From Phoronis australis (taxonomy: Eukaryota > Animalia > Phoronida), in assembly GCA_002633005.1 (NCBI GenBank), contig NMRA01000334.1:62001-126000 (forward strand): 64,000 bases of DNA. The letters run 5' to 3'. This document shows, in pieces, positions 25,659 to 39,400 of the stretch (position 1 is the first letter of the stretch; every line of letters begins with the position of its first letter). Position numbers and translations under genes: made by a program. Under the pieces are notes generated by a model. The model was not told the origin of the DNA. It did not search any database and was given only the letters and a program-made list of their open reading frames with translations.

Positions 25659-25900
25659 TGTTTATTTATTTATTTATTATTGTGATATTTAAAATGAGGG
25701 TGGCCTCTTCAGTGATAGCACTGCTTTCCAAGAGGGCCCTCAACAAGAAAAACAGTAATAGACTAAGTTGAAGTCACTAGCTTCAAACTTGAATGAATTC
25801 CGTCAGCGACGGATATGCCATTAAAAATATAAAGGATTCCACCCTAGAACATCCACAAAAACAACAATTTTCAAAGAAAGCGCAGCGTTGCATGGGACTT
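25659..25900 (-). mobile_element. Decayed non-LTR retrotransposon (CR1/L2-like) 3' end
   Basis: The minus strand has a hairpin GAGGGCCCTCTT...AAGAGGCCACCCTC followed by a (TAAA)n tail, a layout typical of LINE/SINE 3' ends. Confidence 0.4.
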
Positions 25901-27313
25901 TAATTTGGTTCATAGTCTTACGCAGTGTTAATTAGGTCTGGCCAAAAATCCAAGCTTCAAATTCCAACAGACCCTGGTAGTGGAGGCAAATCTGCCTGTT
26001 AAAGCAATGGGTGAACTCTGTTTTTATCAGGAACACTAACTCGCCTTATTAAAAAAACAAAACGGTTCCCATCCCAAAACGCAAACCAAACTGGTTTTTA
26101 AAGACGGTGCTGTCAATTTCAATGACAAATAATCAATGGTCTTTGTTGGACCACTTCTGCTAGCGTACTCTTCTATTTTATTCTTATTTACAAAATCCTT
26201 TTACTTATTTATTGCATAACAATTTATACTCTCCTGACGCTATAGTATAAGAATGTTACACGTGATAGTTCTTTACAGTATAAGCTCGATGACATTACAG
26301 CAACTCTCCACTCAATTCGCACAAAAATATTGCCCATTACTACAAATTATGCTATTTACTGAAAGTGGTTTTATGACATCTGTACAGTACAGCCATGCTA
26401 GTATTGACTAAAATGTTCTTAATCTTTTAGTTTTGTGGAGAAATTTGCCAAACTAGACTGATTCTCATCCATACTGTGATTAATACTGAACAAGTTCTGT
26501 TGGCAGCAAATAAATGCTAAAATGTTTAGCGACATACATACCTGCTAAGATGCATTTCAGTTACATTTTGCACGTATTGTCTTTTTGCTTTGAAAACCTG
26601 TAGTCAGATGTGAATACTGAGGTTTGTGCAGTTATTAAGAGTCTAGTGTTGACTTGCTTCAAGTAAATTTCATCAACCAAGGCAATCCAGTCATCATGTG
26701 CACCTTGAACGCTTCCAGGTGGTTAAACTAGAAATTTGGAGTTTTGTGTGGCAGCAACTTGTTCAAGCGCATTTTGATCATAGGAGATGCAACTGTGCAC
26801 AAGCGGTACAACGCTATTTATTACAGAACTCTCAGTGTAGTGACACACATTAATCAATAGTGGCTTACATTGGATAGAGGTGTGTTTAACTTCACAGTTA
26901 AATTATTGCTCATTGGCAATGTCTCTGCTTTTGTGATTACATGTAAATACACTTTGTACATTTGTATTTAGCCATATTGTGTGTGTGGGTGTGTTGGTAT
27001 AGTAATAGACATGTATTCCCAACACTGAATTGTTTTATTCTCATATTTACAGTTTCGGATACTTGCAGCACAATTGTCGAGTTTAGACAAACTACAAAGT
27101 CAAAATAGACAACGCTTAAATTGTAGAGCTCTCTTACAAAACTCTAAGGAACAAATCTCCAGCAACTAAGCACAATTGTTCACCAGCATTCATAGATGAG
27201 TAAAACATTTTGTCGTACACGCCCACCAAAACGTTCATTAAAATGAAGCAGAAGTTGGAAACGAAACAGAAAAGACTTTCCATGATGGTTCTCTTTCAAC
27301 TGGAATGATGAGA

Positions 27314-27496
27314 CTACATGCTGCTGAGTAGAGCTTCCATCTTGGACTGAATCTCTTCCTTCTTGGTTGTGCAACCCGATTCGTTATCTAAATACACCTG
27401 TTTGTTCATTTTCCCTGCTACCAGTTTCTCCGCTAACGAAATGGCTAAAGCGATCTGGTCTTTGTATTGCGTGTCCAATCGCTGGAGTTCGACCAC
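27314..27496 (-). CDS. RPN1: RPN1 exon 10 (terminal)
   Basis: ttcag|[12 protein letters not shown]...EALLSSM*. Confidence 0.92.
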   Translation of the reverse strand: MVELQRLDTQYKDQIALAISLAEKLVAGKMNKQVYLDNESGCTTKKEEIQSKMEALLSSM

Positions 27497-30400
27497 CTGA
27501 AATAATGCTTGAAGATGTGACGACTGTAAACATTCAAACTAAACCACTCTTACGTTCACGCACAATGATTCACTCGTGAATGTTTTCATCAAGAGATGTT
27601 TTCCAGCACAGGGTATCTCAAAGAGAGGCAAAAGACTTGAGTGTACTGACAGCTCAAGCCACATAAAAGTACAACTAAAAATACAGACCATCTCTCAAAC
27701 ACAGAATCTGAACAATGACCGAGAACTTTTCGGAACTTCATTGCCAAATATTAAACAGGGAAGCTTGCAAAGTGCGATTTCTGTTGTATACGATGGACCG
27801 TCCAGAGTTCAGCTTCCTGCCTACAGTGACAACCCAATAATTCTTAGATTCAAACGAACACACATTCCTGGCTATACAGATTTGACTTGTTTTTGTGCAA
27901 TAGGAATAGATATTTTGAGTATCCCCTCAAATCGCGATCACAAAAAGGGCATTTTTAAACATCTCCATTTGATGGCAAAGCTCTATTCGACCTACTCACC
28001 TTTTCCGCCATGTCTGAGCTCTCTGTCTTCAGTTTGGTCTGCAGGGCCGTCATCTGCTGGGTAAGAGTCTTGTGGTCGTGGTCGATCTTTTTGCGCTGGC
28101 TCGTCAGAGCCGTGTGGTCCTTACTCGCCTTGAACTTGTTGACGGCATCCTCGTATGACTGGTAGAGGGCGCTGCGTTTGTCGTGCGTGCTCTGTACAGT
28201 CTCCACAAGACTAGCCACACGCATCTTGCTCTCAGCTGCCATGTCCTGGTAAGGAATACCATCAAGTGAATGATCGGGTTAGATTATGGGCTAGGCAACT
28301 AACTGTAGACTGTACTACTTCATAGACAAGTGACTGAGACTGAACTATGGAATCAAAACCCTTGCATGTTTAATTAAAAATGTGAGAACTCTCTGATGGT
28401 TTGAATTAGTGGCCAGCTACCTGTGCCAAGACACCCACTGCTGGTTTACAAAAACGGTCAGGTCATTAGAATACAAATAACATACTTAATTACGAAAGGT
28501 GAATTCGTCACCCGCAATCTACTCACACCCATACTCGACATAACAAGTAAAAACGGAGTCCGGTTGGTAGAAAGATATGAAAATTATTTTGTTTTTTGAC
28601 AGTAAGGAAGCCTTCAGTAAAACGTGTAATCATAATTAATCAGGAACTAAAACAAAGTCTTAGACATCATCAGGCTTCCAGTATCAGCAGACTACTCTAG
28701 GTTTCAACTGTCATTATCAGAAACTGGTGAGGCGCGGCACAATGACCTCAAGAACTAGTATGAGAGCGGTGACTTTACTTCCCTCTTGCATACTTATACT
28801 GCTGCTATTGGCCTCTTTAAGGAGAACGAAGACATTACACAGGATTGCGAGACAGCTGTCCACCGAAGCAATCATGCCAGCACAAGCAGACACACAATCT
28901 GCAGGGTTCGTTTCATTTTAGTAGCGTTGCACACAGACAGAAGTTCAGTTGATCATAGCTACCAGTAAACGGGTAGCATCAGCTTAGTCTCGACCAACAG
29001 CTTACTGAGCAGCTGAGAATCCTACAAATCTACACTGTAGGAACGCACATCGGTTTTCGTTTTTTGTAAAAGTCGGTGGGTCTTTAATTTTATACTCAGT
29101 TGCATAGTGGTCCGTCGAATCGCCACCAGCGTTTTTTCACTAGCAATAAATTTATAGCCATAGCATAAAAACTTTCATTAAAAATGGGCGACATTTTGAA
29201 GCAAAAATTCACCTCCATTTCTTCAAGAGTTATTTTTCGATACGTCTCCATGTGGGTTTTCATTGCAACTACGCCCTCTTACGTTCAACAACCGACTCAC
29301 CTTGGTGATGGAGAAGTCGAGACGAACATAGATGATGACCAGCATGAAGAGAAGGTAGAAGGACAGGACGACCAACATTGGCTCTTGAAGCAACAGCATC
29401 TTCTTGTATGTGTAGTGCAGCTACAATAGAGTGATGTAGTGATGCGTTCACATGGATAACTTCTTGGTTAGCTATTTTAAAGGGACATGTTCCTTTTGGG
29501 GCAGAAAAAAAAACGCGAGATAGTGCGCTTCTGTGAACGTTCGTTTTAGGTGCCTGGTCTGACCTCTGATCAGACATACGGTGTGTCTTGTTCAATAATT
29601 CTACACCGGGATAAAACACACCCCCAGATTTAAAAGGATGTCGTATTTTTACAGCCGAAAAGTGCATTCTTGTGATTATTGCTGTATGTGGTAGACATCT
29701 TAAAGTTGCTCGCTTCGACTACAGGTGTAAAACAACAAACGCGTTGTTGTTTGAGATTTAACTACAAAATTGCCAATTCTCGTTGTTGGCTGCCAGTCAG
29801 TTTATGAAAGTGAGGCCAGACTTTATCAGCTGAATGCTCTTAAAATACTTGTCTATTTGCCGAGTGGGGTTTAGCTCAGCTAGCGAAGCATTGCACTGCA
29901 GCCACTGAGACTATGAATTCGAATGCATCTTGGGGCTGAGCTTAAAAAATTCTCACAGACTGTGTCTCTAGCCTAATCGGCAATCCATGACTCTAGTGGG
30001 TTCAAACGACATAAGTGTAATATTGAGAATGTCAACTCGCCATGTTAAAAAAATTGAAACATGCCTGGAGATAACTTGCTGACTTAAAGCTGCCAAAAAC
30101 TATCACCTTCGCACGTCACTTTGACTTTTCAACAAAGAGTGTTTACCTCAAAGTCCTGAATGTGTGGCTCAACCAGGTTGGTCTTCTTGGCCAGGATCAC
30201 AGGTCTACCCATGGTGTCAAGGTAAGTGTAATGCAGCTCGCTTGGCAGCTGGTCCACGCCATAGGGCACACTGAGGCTCACAAACCTGAGGTTGGAAAGC
30301 AGCAAATGTTAACCACCTGCCGGCACTTCATCGTTTTGTGAATGCACCATTACCAGTTTACGCTTAAATACTCAACACAACAGTCACAGTTGTGTTAATT

Positions 30401-33400
30401 TATTAGGTTACTCGAATGACTGGAAATCAGCTTTACACAATACTGCGACAACAATCACAGAAACTATGTATAATTTCCTCAAATTCGAACAGAAACAACG
30501 GTGCTCACTGCATTGCTAAAATGTTCAAAATTTCTTGAATACAGCTGTATTATACGAAGTTTTCAAAGTAATCCAGTAAAATTGTCTTCTTGCTGAAAAT
30601 TTCGATAAAATGAGATTTTACCGTTCTACCAAATTGTGCCTTAATTTGAAGAAACATTACTGCACATAGTCTAGCCAGCATGCCAGTGCTATCTGTGTGA
30701 TGTGTTCATTATGAAAAAAAAAGTGATAAACAGCGTCATATGAGTTGCACTGAATTTCACACGCGTTGAGATCACCACTTACTTGGCCCCCTCGGGAAGG
30801 ATCACCTTCAGCGTCATGTCATCGATAACCTGGTCATCGAACACGTGATCCACGAACCTCATCTTGAGCACGTAGTCGTCACCTGCCAATACGTAAAGCA
30901 AGTTAAAAAGCACATCCCTCTGTTATTAAATAATAGCTTTTGGGTGTTTTGCCGGCTCAACTGTATATCTGAACCATTTACACGAGACCAAGTTTAGTGC
31001 ATGCTGTCCTGACTATTATATTAAGGATGAATTGAATCGAATCGCATCGCGTTAGTGACGGTTTCCATAAACAAAGCCCCATTTTGATTTGATTTTTAGT
31101 TCTAATTTCTGCCGTCGTTTTAGATGTCTTACAATGTCACAACTTATTTGTATCCATTGAACAAATTAACAGCTCTGGACTGTTCATTAGCTGGAATATG
31201 TTTAACAATTTGTTGCTTAAATAGGTATGAGTGATAAGTATTTGAAAAATGAATCCAATTCAGGGCTTGAGATGACCAATGACAAAAAAGAGGAAATATT
31301 ACAGGTGATGTGCAATTCCACAAATAGGCTTGTGTGAAAGAAATGTTTTATGTGCTGAAACTTTTTTACTCAAATAAACATTTTTGTACGAACAAAGTCT
31401 AAATATCGATAAAAAAGTGACGAAAAAAGAGTAAACTGAAAATCAAAAAAGAGGAAATCCATGTAACTTGACAAACATGAATCACAAATAGTCAAATTCC
31501 TCCTAAAAAGAACTGTCAAATAAAACCAAACTCCAAACATTGTGTATTGTCCCACCTTTACATCACACCACAAGCACAAATGACTAGCTGGACACACCTT
31601 TGTTATAGAGGTACTCATAGCTAGGCACATTGTAACCCAGTGTGTAGTGAGTCTTCCAGCCACCAAATAGCGGGAAACGTGGACGTAAATCTACCTCTAC
31701 GGCCTCGTCCAGCTCTCGCAGGTTGGAGGTAGAAATGTTGCCGATCTCGTCGCGGTAGTAGACATCCTTGGCGGCTGCCGGAAGGACAGACTGACAAAGA
31801 GAGAAATTAACACATGTAAGCTTGAGTACGTTGTGCGTGACAAAATTACTGATACATGGAAGCTTACACAAATTTGTAGGCACCATCACTTTGAGAACAA
31901 GATATTACACTTGTTCTGAGTATCGCTTATGTTGTGAATGAAAGTTCAAATGTTCAGGGTTATATTCAGATTCAGGAAGCCTTCAGTAAAATTTGTAATC
32001 ACTACAGTTCAGGAACTAAAACAAAGTCTTAGACATCATCAGGCTTCAACTGACTAACGTGTCAAATATATTTCCAGTAGATACATCTTCAGTCTTATGT
32101 GAACTGTTACCAATATCTGATAGCTTCACTGAGTATGTACAACAAAACAAACAAACAAACAAACAAACAAACAAACAAACAAACAAACAAACACATATTA
32201 TAAGTGGGACTGTGTAAACAATACATAACAAGGTACCTTGAAAGCCTTGATGGCAGAGTGGGTGTTCTGTGCACGCTGGTAATCATAACGCGAGAACGGG
32301 CCCTTCAACACTGCCCCCGTGTGGCGAATGTCGAGCGTCTCTTCAATGGCCACGTTGCCCCAGTGAGAGACCTCGATCAATCGCTCCATGCTGGACACAG
32401 CCAGGAAGGGACTGTTGTTCTCGTAGTGCACAGTGATGTCAGCCTATGGTGGAAAACAAGAGTCATTGGTGACTGTGCGCGGTTTGTGAATGTCCATCTA
32501 GGCACACACGTATGATGGAAACATTACAGCAAGCCTTCAGCAAATGATCTAATCAGTACAGATATCATAGATTAAAACAAAGTCTTCAGACATCACAAGG
32601 CTTGAGAAATGTAACTATGTGTTAACACAAAAAGAATTCAATGAGAACGATGTGTAATTTGGCGATATTAGAACAGAAATAGTCCCAATACAAAACATAA
32701 AATCCCTGGAAATTGCTTTGTCAACAAATCAAAGAGACAGCGCACTGCTCCACAGGGTTGACTGTTCGGTGGAAGTTGTCAATCAAAACCTGAATGAAAA
32801 TTTGAAAAACAAAACAGCGAATACATGGTCATCACACTTATATCACCTACTCTGGCATATGGGTCTTTTGGTTCATATGGGCCGTAGGTGATGACAGCCT
32901 CAGACTGTGCCACAGGCTTGGGTGTCTTGGAGTACGACTCCAGCTTGCTACTGGGCAGGGTGATGGCCGTAGTTTGTTTCTTGACCCTGTATGGGCTGTA
33001 GAAGAAGGCGGAGCCCTCGTACAGTACCAGCTGGTCTTGGCTCTGCGTGATCTCGGCGGGGTAGGGGCGCAGGGCATGCGCAAACACTGTATCCACAGTG
33101 ACGGTTACTGTCTTGCCAGCAGGCAGGCTACTACCCAGGGTCACACGCCAAAAATCTGCACCGCTAGAAAGAAAGCACCATAAAAATTAATTTGCTATAT
33201 GGTCCAAGACTTCCTTCACATGTTGATATGCTAGGTGGTTCAAAACCTCCTTCACACGTTGATTTGCTAAGTGGTTCAAGACCTCACTCACATGTTGATG
33301 AAAACGTGTTTTACCACATCCAAGTGAAGTTCTTCAATACACGGGTCTTATCACAGACCTGCAGGTCGCTTATGTGACCTCAGATTGTGTTTGTCGACCT

Positions 33401-36400
33401 GGGAAAAATTCCTCCAAGTCGCCACGAGGTCGCCACTGAAAGTTTGATATTCAGACAATATTTTCCTCTAAGTTTATTTCAACATTGGTGTTGACTTCAA
33501 AACTTTAATTTCCTACTGTGTTCCTATATTCATTACCTTAACTTAAACAATTTTCCTGTTTATTTTGTGAATTGAACGCATTTACCACCACATTTAAATT
33601 ACAACAGGAAGTAAACAGATAGATGTTGGAATAGTTTGGCAAATATCAGGCAGGATCGACGAAACTTGTGCCACCAGGCCATGCCATCATCTGTGTCCTA
33701 TGCTCATCCGTTGGCGGGAGGAACAGCGGAGTTAGAGCATGAGGATACATATACCTACAGTGGAAATCAGGGCACCGTAAGGAAAATTGGTGCCATGCTC
33801 GACGAAAATTTACGCCCAATAAGAAACGTAACTCATCGACGCCGATGATTTTGCTATCAATTTTGGCAACCGCAGATTTTGTTTGGCAACCTGGGATTTG
33901 TACCAGGTCGCCAAATGCAATTTGGCATTTTGCTAAGCATCAAGTGCCGTATCAGATTTCTGTGTCTTGACGAGTGGTCTCGGTAGACTCGAGCCCAAAT
34001 CAAGAGACATATTGCCTGACTTGTAAATCACGGGATGTGACCATGTGTGTCTTTAACTCTGTGAAGTAACTACACTATGCAATTACAAATTGTGTAACAA
34101 AAATTACCATGTGTCTATGGCATACAAAATATGGAGATTTTTTGTACCTCAAGAAATTTTCCACATCCGATCGTTGCAATTTTCCATTTTTCAGGCATGT
34201 ATCAGGCGGGCCTGAAGAGTTTTTACGACCACAAATGATGAGTAAAATACAGCGGATACTTACATTTCACCGTGCGCCACTGTAACTGGCAGAACGTCTA
34301 ATTTTGACTCTTCGTCTTCTCCTTTTGTCTGAAATATTCAAGTAGCAGTCTTAAGGTTTAGGACGTTATTGACAAGTCAATGTATTTAACCATATACATA
34401 CATAACTATGTAAAGGCTGTTCCAGCAAAATCTGTGTGGGAGGGGGGGAAGGCAACTGAAATAAAAATTTATGGGTGGTTGCGTTTGATTTAAATTCAAA
34501 ATGGCTGGTGGTCGTACTTCAAAAAAATAAAAATTAACAGGTCGTTGTTGTTTCATTGGGCCATAAATGTTTGATGGTGGGTAAGTTTAGTAAATTTTAT
34601 AAACAATCCGCTCAGAATCAAAAACTGAAACGAAAATGCAACTTGCAAAAAGCTCAGACTTTTTCACTCCCTCCGATCTCCTCATCAGCATGCCCATAAC
34701 ACCATTTAACCACAGGTGCTCGAATATCTCGATGACTAATAACCATATACAAGAAACATGTGTTTTCTTAGTAATGAATGACGTTAGTGGTGATGGAGGA
34801 ACAGATGAACTCAAGCGCCTGTGCAGTCAACCACAAGAACAAAAAAAAATTACGGGTGGTTGCACTTCAAACTTATAAAAAATTACGGGTGGTAGGCTGA
34901 AGAAATAAATGAAAAATATGGGTGGTGGGTGCGAAAAATAGGTGCCTTTCCCCCCTCCCATACAGATTTTACTGGAACAGCCCTAATTGAATTCAGTAAC
35001 AATATAATTTTTTGAAGTAGCAAGCCTCTAGAATTAGAGTTTTGACTTTTCACCAACCTGCCTTTCAAAGGGTCATCATGTCTTTTTACTAAATGTCAGT
35101 ACAACAGTACAAGGGTCACAAATAGTTTCCATAAGAAACAGGTGTTTATTAATTACTAGTATCATTTACTATAATGAGCACTCATTCTACTACGATTTTG
35201 TAGTTTGAACAGCCTTATGAACTATTCACTTGCTGTCCTCTGTGCATGGTACAAAGTGGTAGGCCGTCACTTAATGGTCTTGATTCTTCCTTTAACGGTA
35301 ATGCATGTGTTGAACACAAGCCGTCGACACGCTATCAAGCATTCAAAATGTTCAGCCAAAGTCCAGCTGGCTGTGTGAGTAGTTTACAGATGCTTTTATA
35401 TGAGTGTACGTCCTACCGGAATTGAAAATTCACAATATTTTCGACTTCATGAACTATTAATTATCACCATAAAACAATGGATTTCATTATTCATCAATTC
35501 TTAAATCACCATCTCGGCCCCATTTTTATGGGATCGAGGGCCCTGTATATTCATTCTCTAAGTCAATTATTCCTCAGGGCTCAACACTAACGGTTGCCGG
35601 ATTGCCCGTGTACATGTAGATTTTGCGTCGGGCAAGTGGAATTTGAAAAGTACTTGCCCGATGGGCAAGTTAAAAAGCTGGCCGCATAGGCAAGTAGATC
35701 CTAAGATTGTCTGCTCGACATTTGCTCCAAAATAACAAACCCCGACACAAGCCTAAAAACCGTCGAAGAAGTCCCTGTGGTCGTCAAAGAAACTCCCGTT
35801 TTCGAATGAGCACCGAAAGGAAAATAGAACGAGTGTGATGCAGCGTGCACAGATGACGCCCGCGGTCAAATCCTTTAGATTCTCTGAACGTGCCCTGCAG
35901 TTTCTGAATAAGTTGTCACGTGATACTACTGATCGTCTGCACTCTGGCAAAACGTCCAAACAAGGAAGCCGTCCAGGCCTGTACATCATTGGTTTAGTTG
36001 CTAAAAATGAGTTCAGGAAGAATCAAAGCAACGATATGAAACGAAAAGAGTGCGGGGATGGGTTCCGTCATGGGAAATCTACAGCTGGAAGCAACGCGTT
36101 CGTCGGCGTGTAAGTCATACAGATAAGCGCAAAAGCTAAAAAGTGAATGATTGACTACATATTTTCTACACTACACAACAGTTTTAAATGCCTGGTATTT
36201 ACTCAGGGGGTATTCCAAAGGAAATTCTTATGAATTCCCGGCTACCGGTGGCGACTCCCAAAAGAAGAGGAATGCGGTCTTCAGGATTGTCGCTCTGAAG
36301 GGTGACTTTTTCGCGGTCTATCTATTTTTCAAAAATGTAACTATTTATTGAAAATAAAAGTATATGTGGCATTATTATATGTTAAAATTTGATTTTAATT

Positions 36401-39400
36401 TAATACAAGGTACCGATGACCAAAACTGTGCAAGATTTTTACGCATAGCAAAAATTCAAATTCAGGTTAAGCAACAACTAAAGTTTAATGTACGAGGGCG
36501 TATAAACTAATGAATACACAGAAGTGTCTGAAGTTCATGTCCTAGCTCATTTCGGCGCCTGTGAATGTGAGACAGTGGTTCAGATACCATAGTTACTGTT
36601 CTAATTTGTCTCTGTAGTGTTTTGACACACCTTATAAATAAATGTTCTATAAGAAGAATTGTTAAAAAAATAGCACCTCATGTATATAGCATGCACAACA
36701 CAAGAGGAGGCTCAGCACAGGCAGCCCTACCGTAACACATTACACAGGTGTGCACATGCATGGTGCTATTTGGGATTGTACTTGGGGCAAGTGAATTTTT
36801 TGTTCGGGCAAGTAAAAGTTTCAACTACTTGCCTAAAAACACAGTCACTGTGTATTTATATACGTTTTAAAAGTGTACACTGAACTGGTGTGACCTACTT
36901 TTTTACTTTCCTACCAATTTTTCACCATAAGTCCTCCAAAGCATTTATGAAAGATTCAAAAAATCAATCTAAAGATTATAAGTTCCTTTTTTAATAAAAA
37001 TGTCAATTCTACTTATTAAATACTACTAACAAATGTGACGTAGTATTCAGGGACACCTGTTGTCCAGTTGAATAATTTCTAATTCGCCACCAGATGTCAG
37101 TCAAAATCAAAATCCTTTAAATTAAGCAAATCAAATTGTTAATTTACAGGTTTAAGTGCAAAATTTTAAAGTTAAAATAATATTGCTGGCTATTCAATTA
37201 TTAAGGTAAGGTAGCTGAAACCATAAAATTATGTTAGAAAAAGAATTTTTTCAAATTTTTTTTAGCAATAATTTATACAAAAATTAGGTCATATATGTAT
37301 TAGGAACTATGTCTAATGTAATCTAATTCACCCTCATTTTTGATTCCGAGGGCAAAAGTGCCAAGCCAGCCAAAGTTTTAACTTGGCGCTGCACTTTTCA
37401 AACTCGACGCGCATTCTCCAAACTCCACGCGGCAAAATTTAAACTTGTTGATGCATCGAGTCAAAACCGGTCGTGGAGAACACTGAATATACGAAGCCAT
37501 CAATTTCAATTCTTCATTTAACTCCAAAGGTTTTTTGGCAAAGACAGTACGGATAACTTCAGCCTACCTCTGAGTCTGACAATACAAGCCCTACAGTCAA
37601 CACAAGAATTAATCAATTTGGAGCTCAGGCTCAGTAAGGCCTCAGTCCTGACACATTGAACACTAAAATAAGACACTTTAAAAGCACTATCCAACACAGG
37701 CCATACACCGTTGCCTCAACCTTCGTCCACGAATACTCAAACAGGTGAATTTTTTCATGAACAGGGATTTCATTAACCAGTCTGGGTTCTCTGGACCACA
37801 GGCGCTTAAATTTCCAGGTGACTCACAACCATACATAAGAAACATAAAGGTTGGACAAAAAAACTTTGCCGAGCTTAGGCTCCCAACTTCAACTGTCCCA
37901 AATCCAAATAAAATCTGTGTGCATCTCCCTGAGACTGGTATTGCATAAACCTCCGAAGCCTTATCTTCCCTTGATCCAATTAAATTATCCCTCTGAGTGG
38001 TGAATTGGCGACAATCTCAAAACTCTGAATTCGAGGACCTAAAATAGTTAACATGGCGGATTCCAGTTGTGCTTTAACTTCTAGGCTTGTCGAAGACAAA
38101 ATTTCAAGTTTAAGCAACCAAGCCCCGTGTAAAAGTCAAGAAATTTATCCCCAATTTAAACGATTGAGGTTGCTAAAAAAACCTTCCACTAAATGTGTAA
38201 TGTATTTCTTCTTATAGCTCATTATATCGCTTAACCTAGAAATTGACATCATGTGCTCCTCTTTGTTGAAGCACAATGAAAACTCCATTTTTGACGGAAA
38301 TTGGCTGTCTGACCGCACGTGTAGTCGAGATAAATCACCTATCGGCAACTGCCTGATATCGCAGTAGGCCAGCGTTAGTAGCCAGCAAGTCGTGGTACTT
38401 CACCTCCAGTTATAAACAATGTTGTTTGTCATCACCACAGTTTGACTACATTCAAAATGATGCTAAATTATGTGGAGGGCACTCAAATAACATTCGTGGG
38501 CGCGCGAAAACAGAGCTTCGGAATTGCTTTGGGTACGTCCGCCAAAAACCCGGATGCTCGAAGGTCGTCTGCCATGAACGACTTACATCGCAAAATAAGG
38601 TCTTTGAATTTGTGATTTTTGCGTTTTTTCATATTTCTGTCGTCAAATCACCACTTGAAGGCAATTTGAAGTGATCAAGTGAAAGAAGGTATTCAAAGAC
38701 ATGTTCAATGCCGATTGCGTAAAGTTTCATGCACGTTTGAGTAGAAAATTCTGACCAAACCGATTTTTAGTGTCCAACCTTTATGTTTTCTTAATAGTGA
38801 GTGACGTCAGAGGAGATCGTAGCCTTGGTACAAAGCTGTATACTATGGTAAATATACAGCTTTGCATCGATGTGGGTAAAAAAGTGGTAAAAGAAAATCT
38901 GACACAAAATTTGTGTCATTAAAAACTAGTCTTCCTGGAGTAAACTAAATTATTTAACGGCGTTGGAAACATGGTGTTCTACTATTAATCTGCTGCTAAA
39001 GTTGTGCAGCGATCTTTAGCGAGGTTTTTGACGCCATGAAATATTGCATCACATATTATCCAGTTTCTTTTTTCGCCGATTCTTCAATCAACTGTACTTT
39101 TTCCACGAGATTGTGTACATGTCACAACAAATTATCGGAACTGGTTTCATTTAGTTACAAGTGATTAGAATTTTAATACTGAAAAACTGAATTTCAGAAC
39201 AAATTTTGCTGCTGCGAAGTGTTCACAAAAATTTAGGAAATTGCGTGTGCGCGTGACACGAGCGTACTGTTTTCAAAACGACAACATACTTTGCATTGTT
39301 ACAAAAGGTTGAGCATGACGCAAGAAAATGAAGTTTGTTGCATTGTTTTTCACTTAAATAGTTGTCACGGGCAAGGTGAGTGTCGGTCGACAACCAGATT

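Noticed and set aside
27576-28064. 162-aa plus-strand ORF antisense to RPN1
   Set aside because: No recognisable homology, a non-ATG start, and partial overlap with an RPN1 exon on the opposite strand. Likely a chance ORF.
37200-37560. TTAA-AGG/TTAA-GG starts suggesting Kolobok/piggyBac-like element ends (also about 8471, 46214, 52829)
   Set aside because: No matching opposite terminus could be paired by eye.
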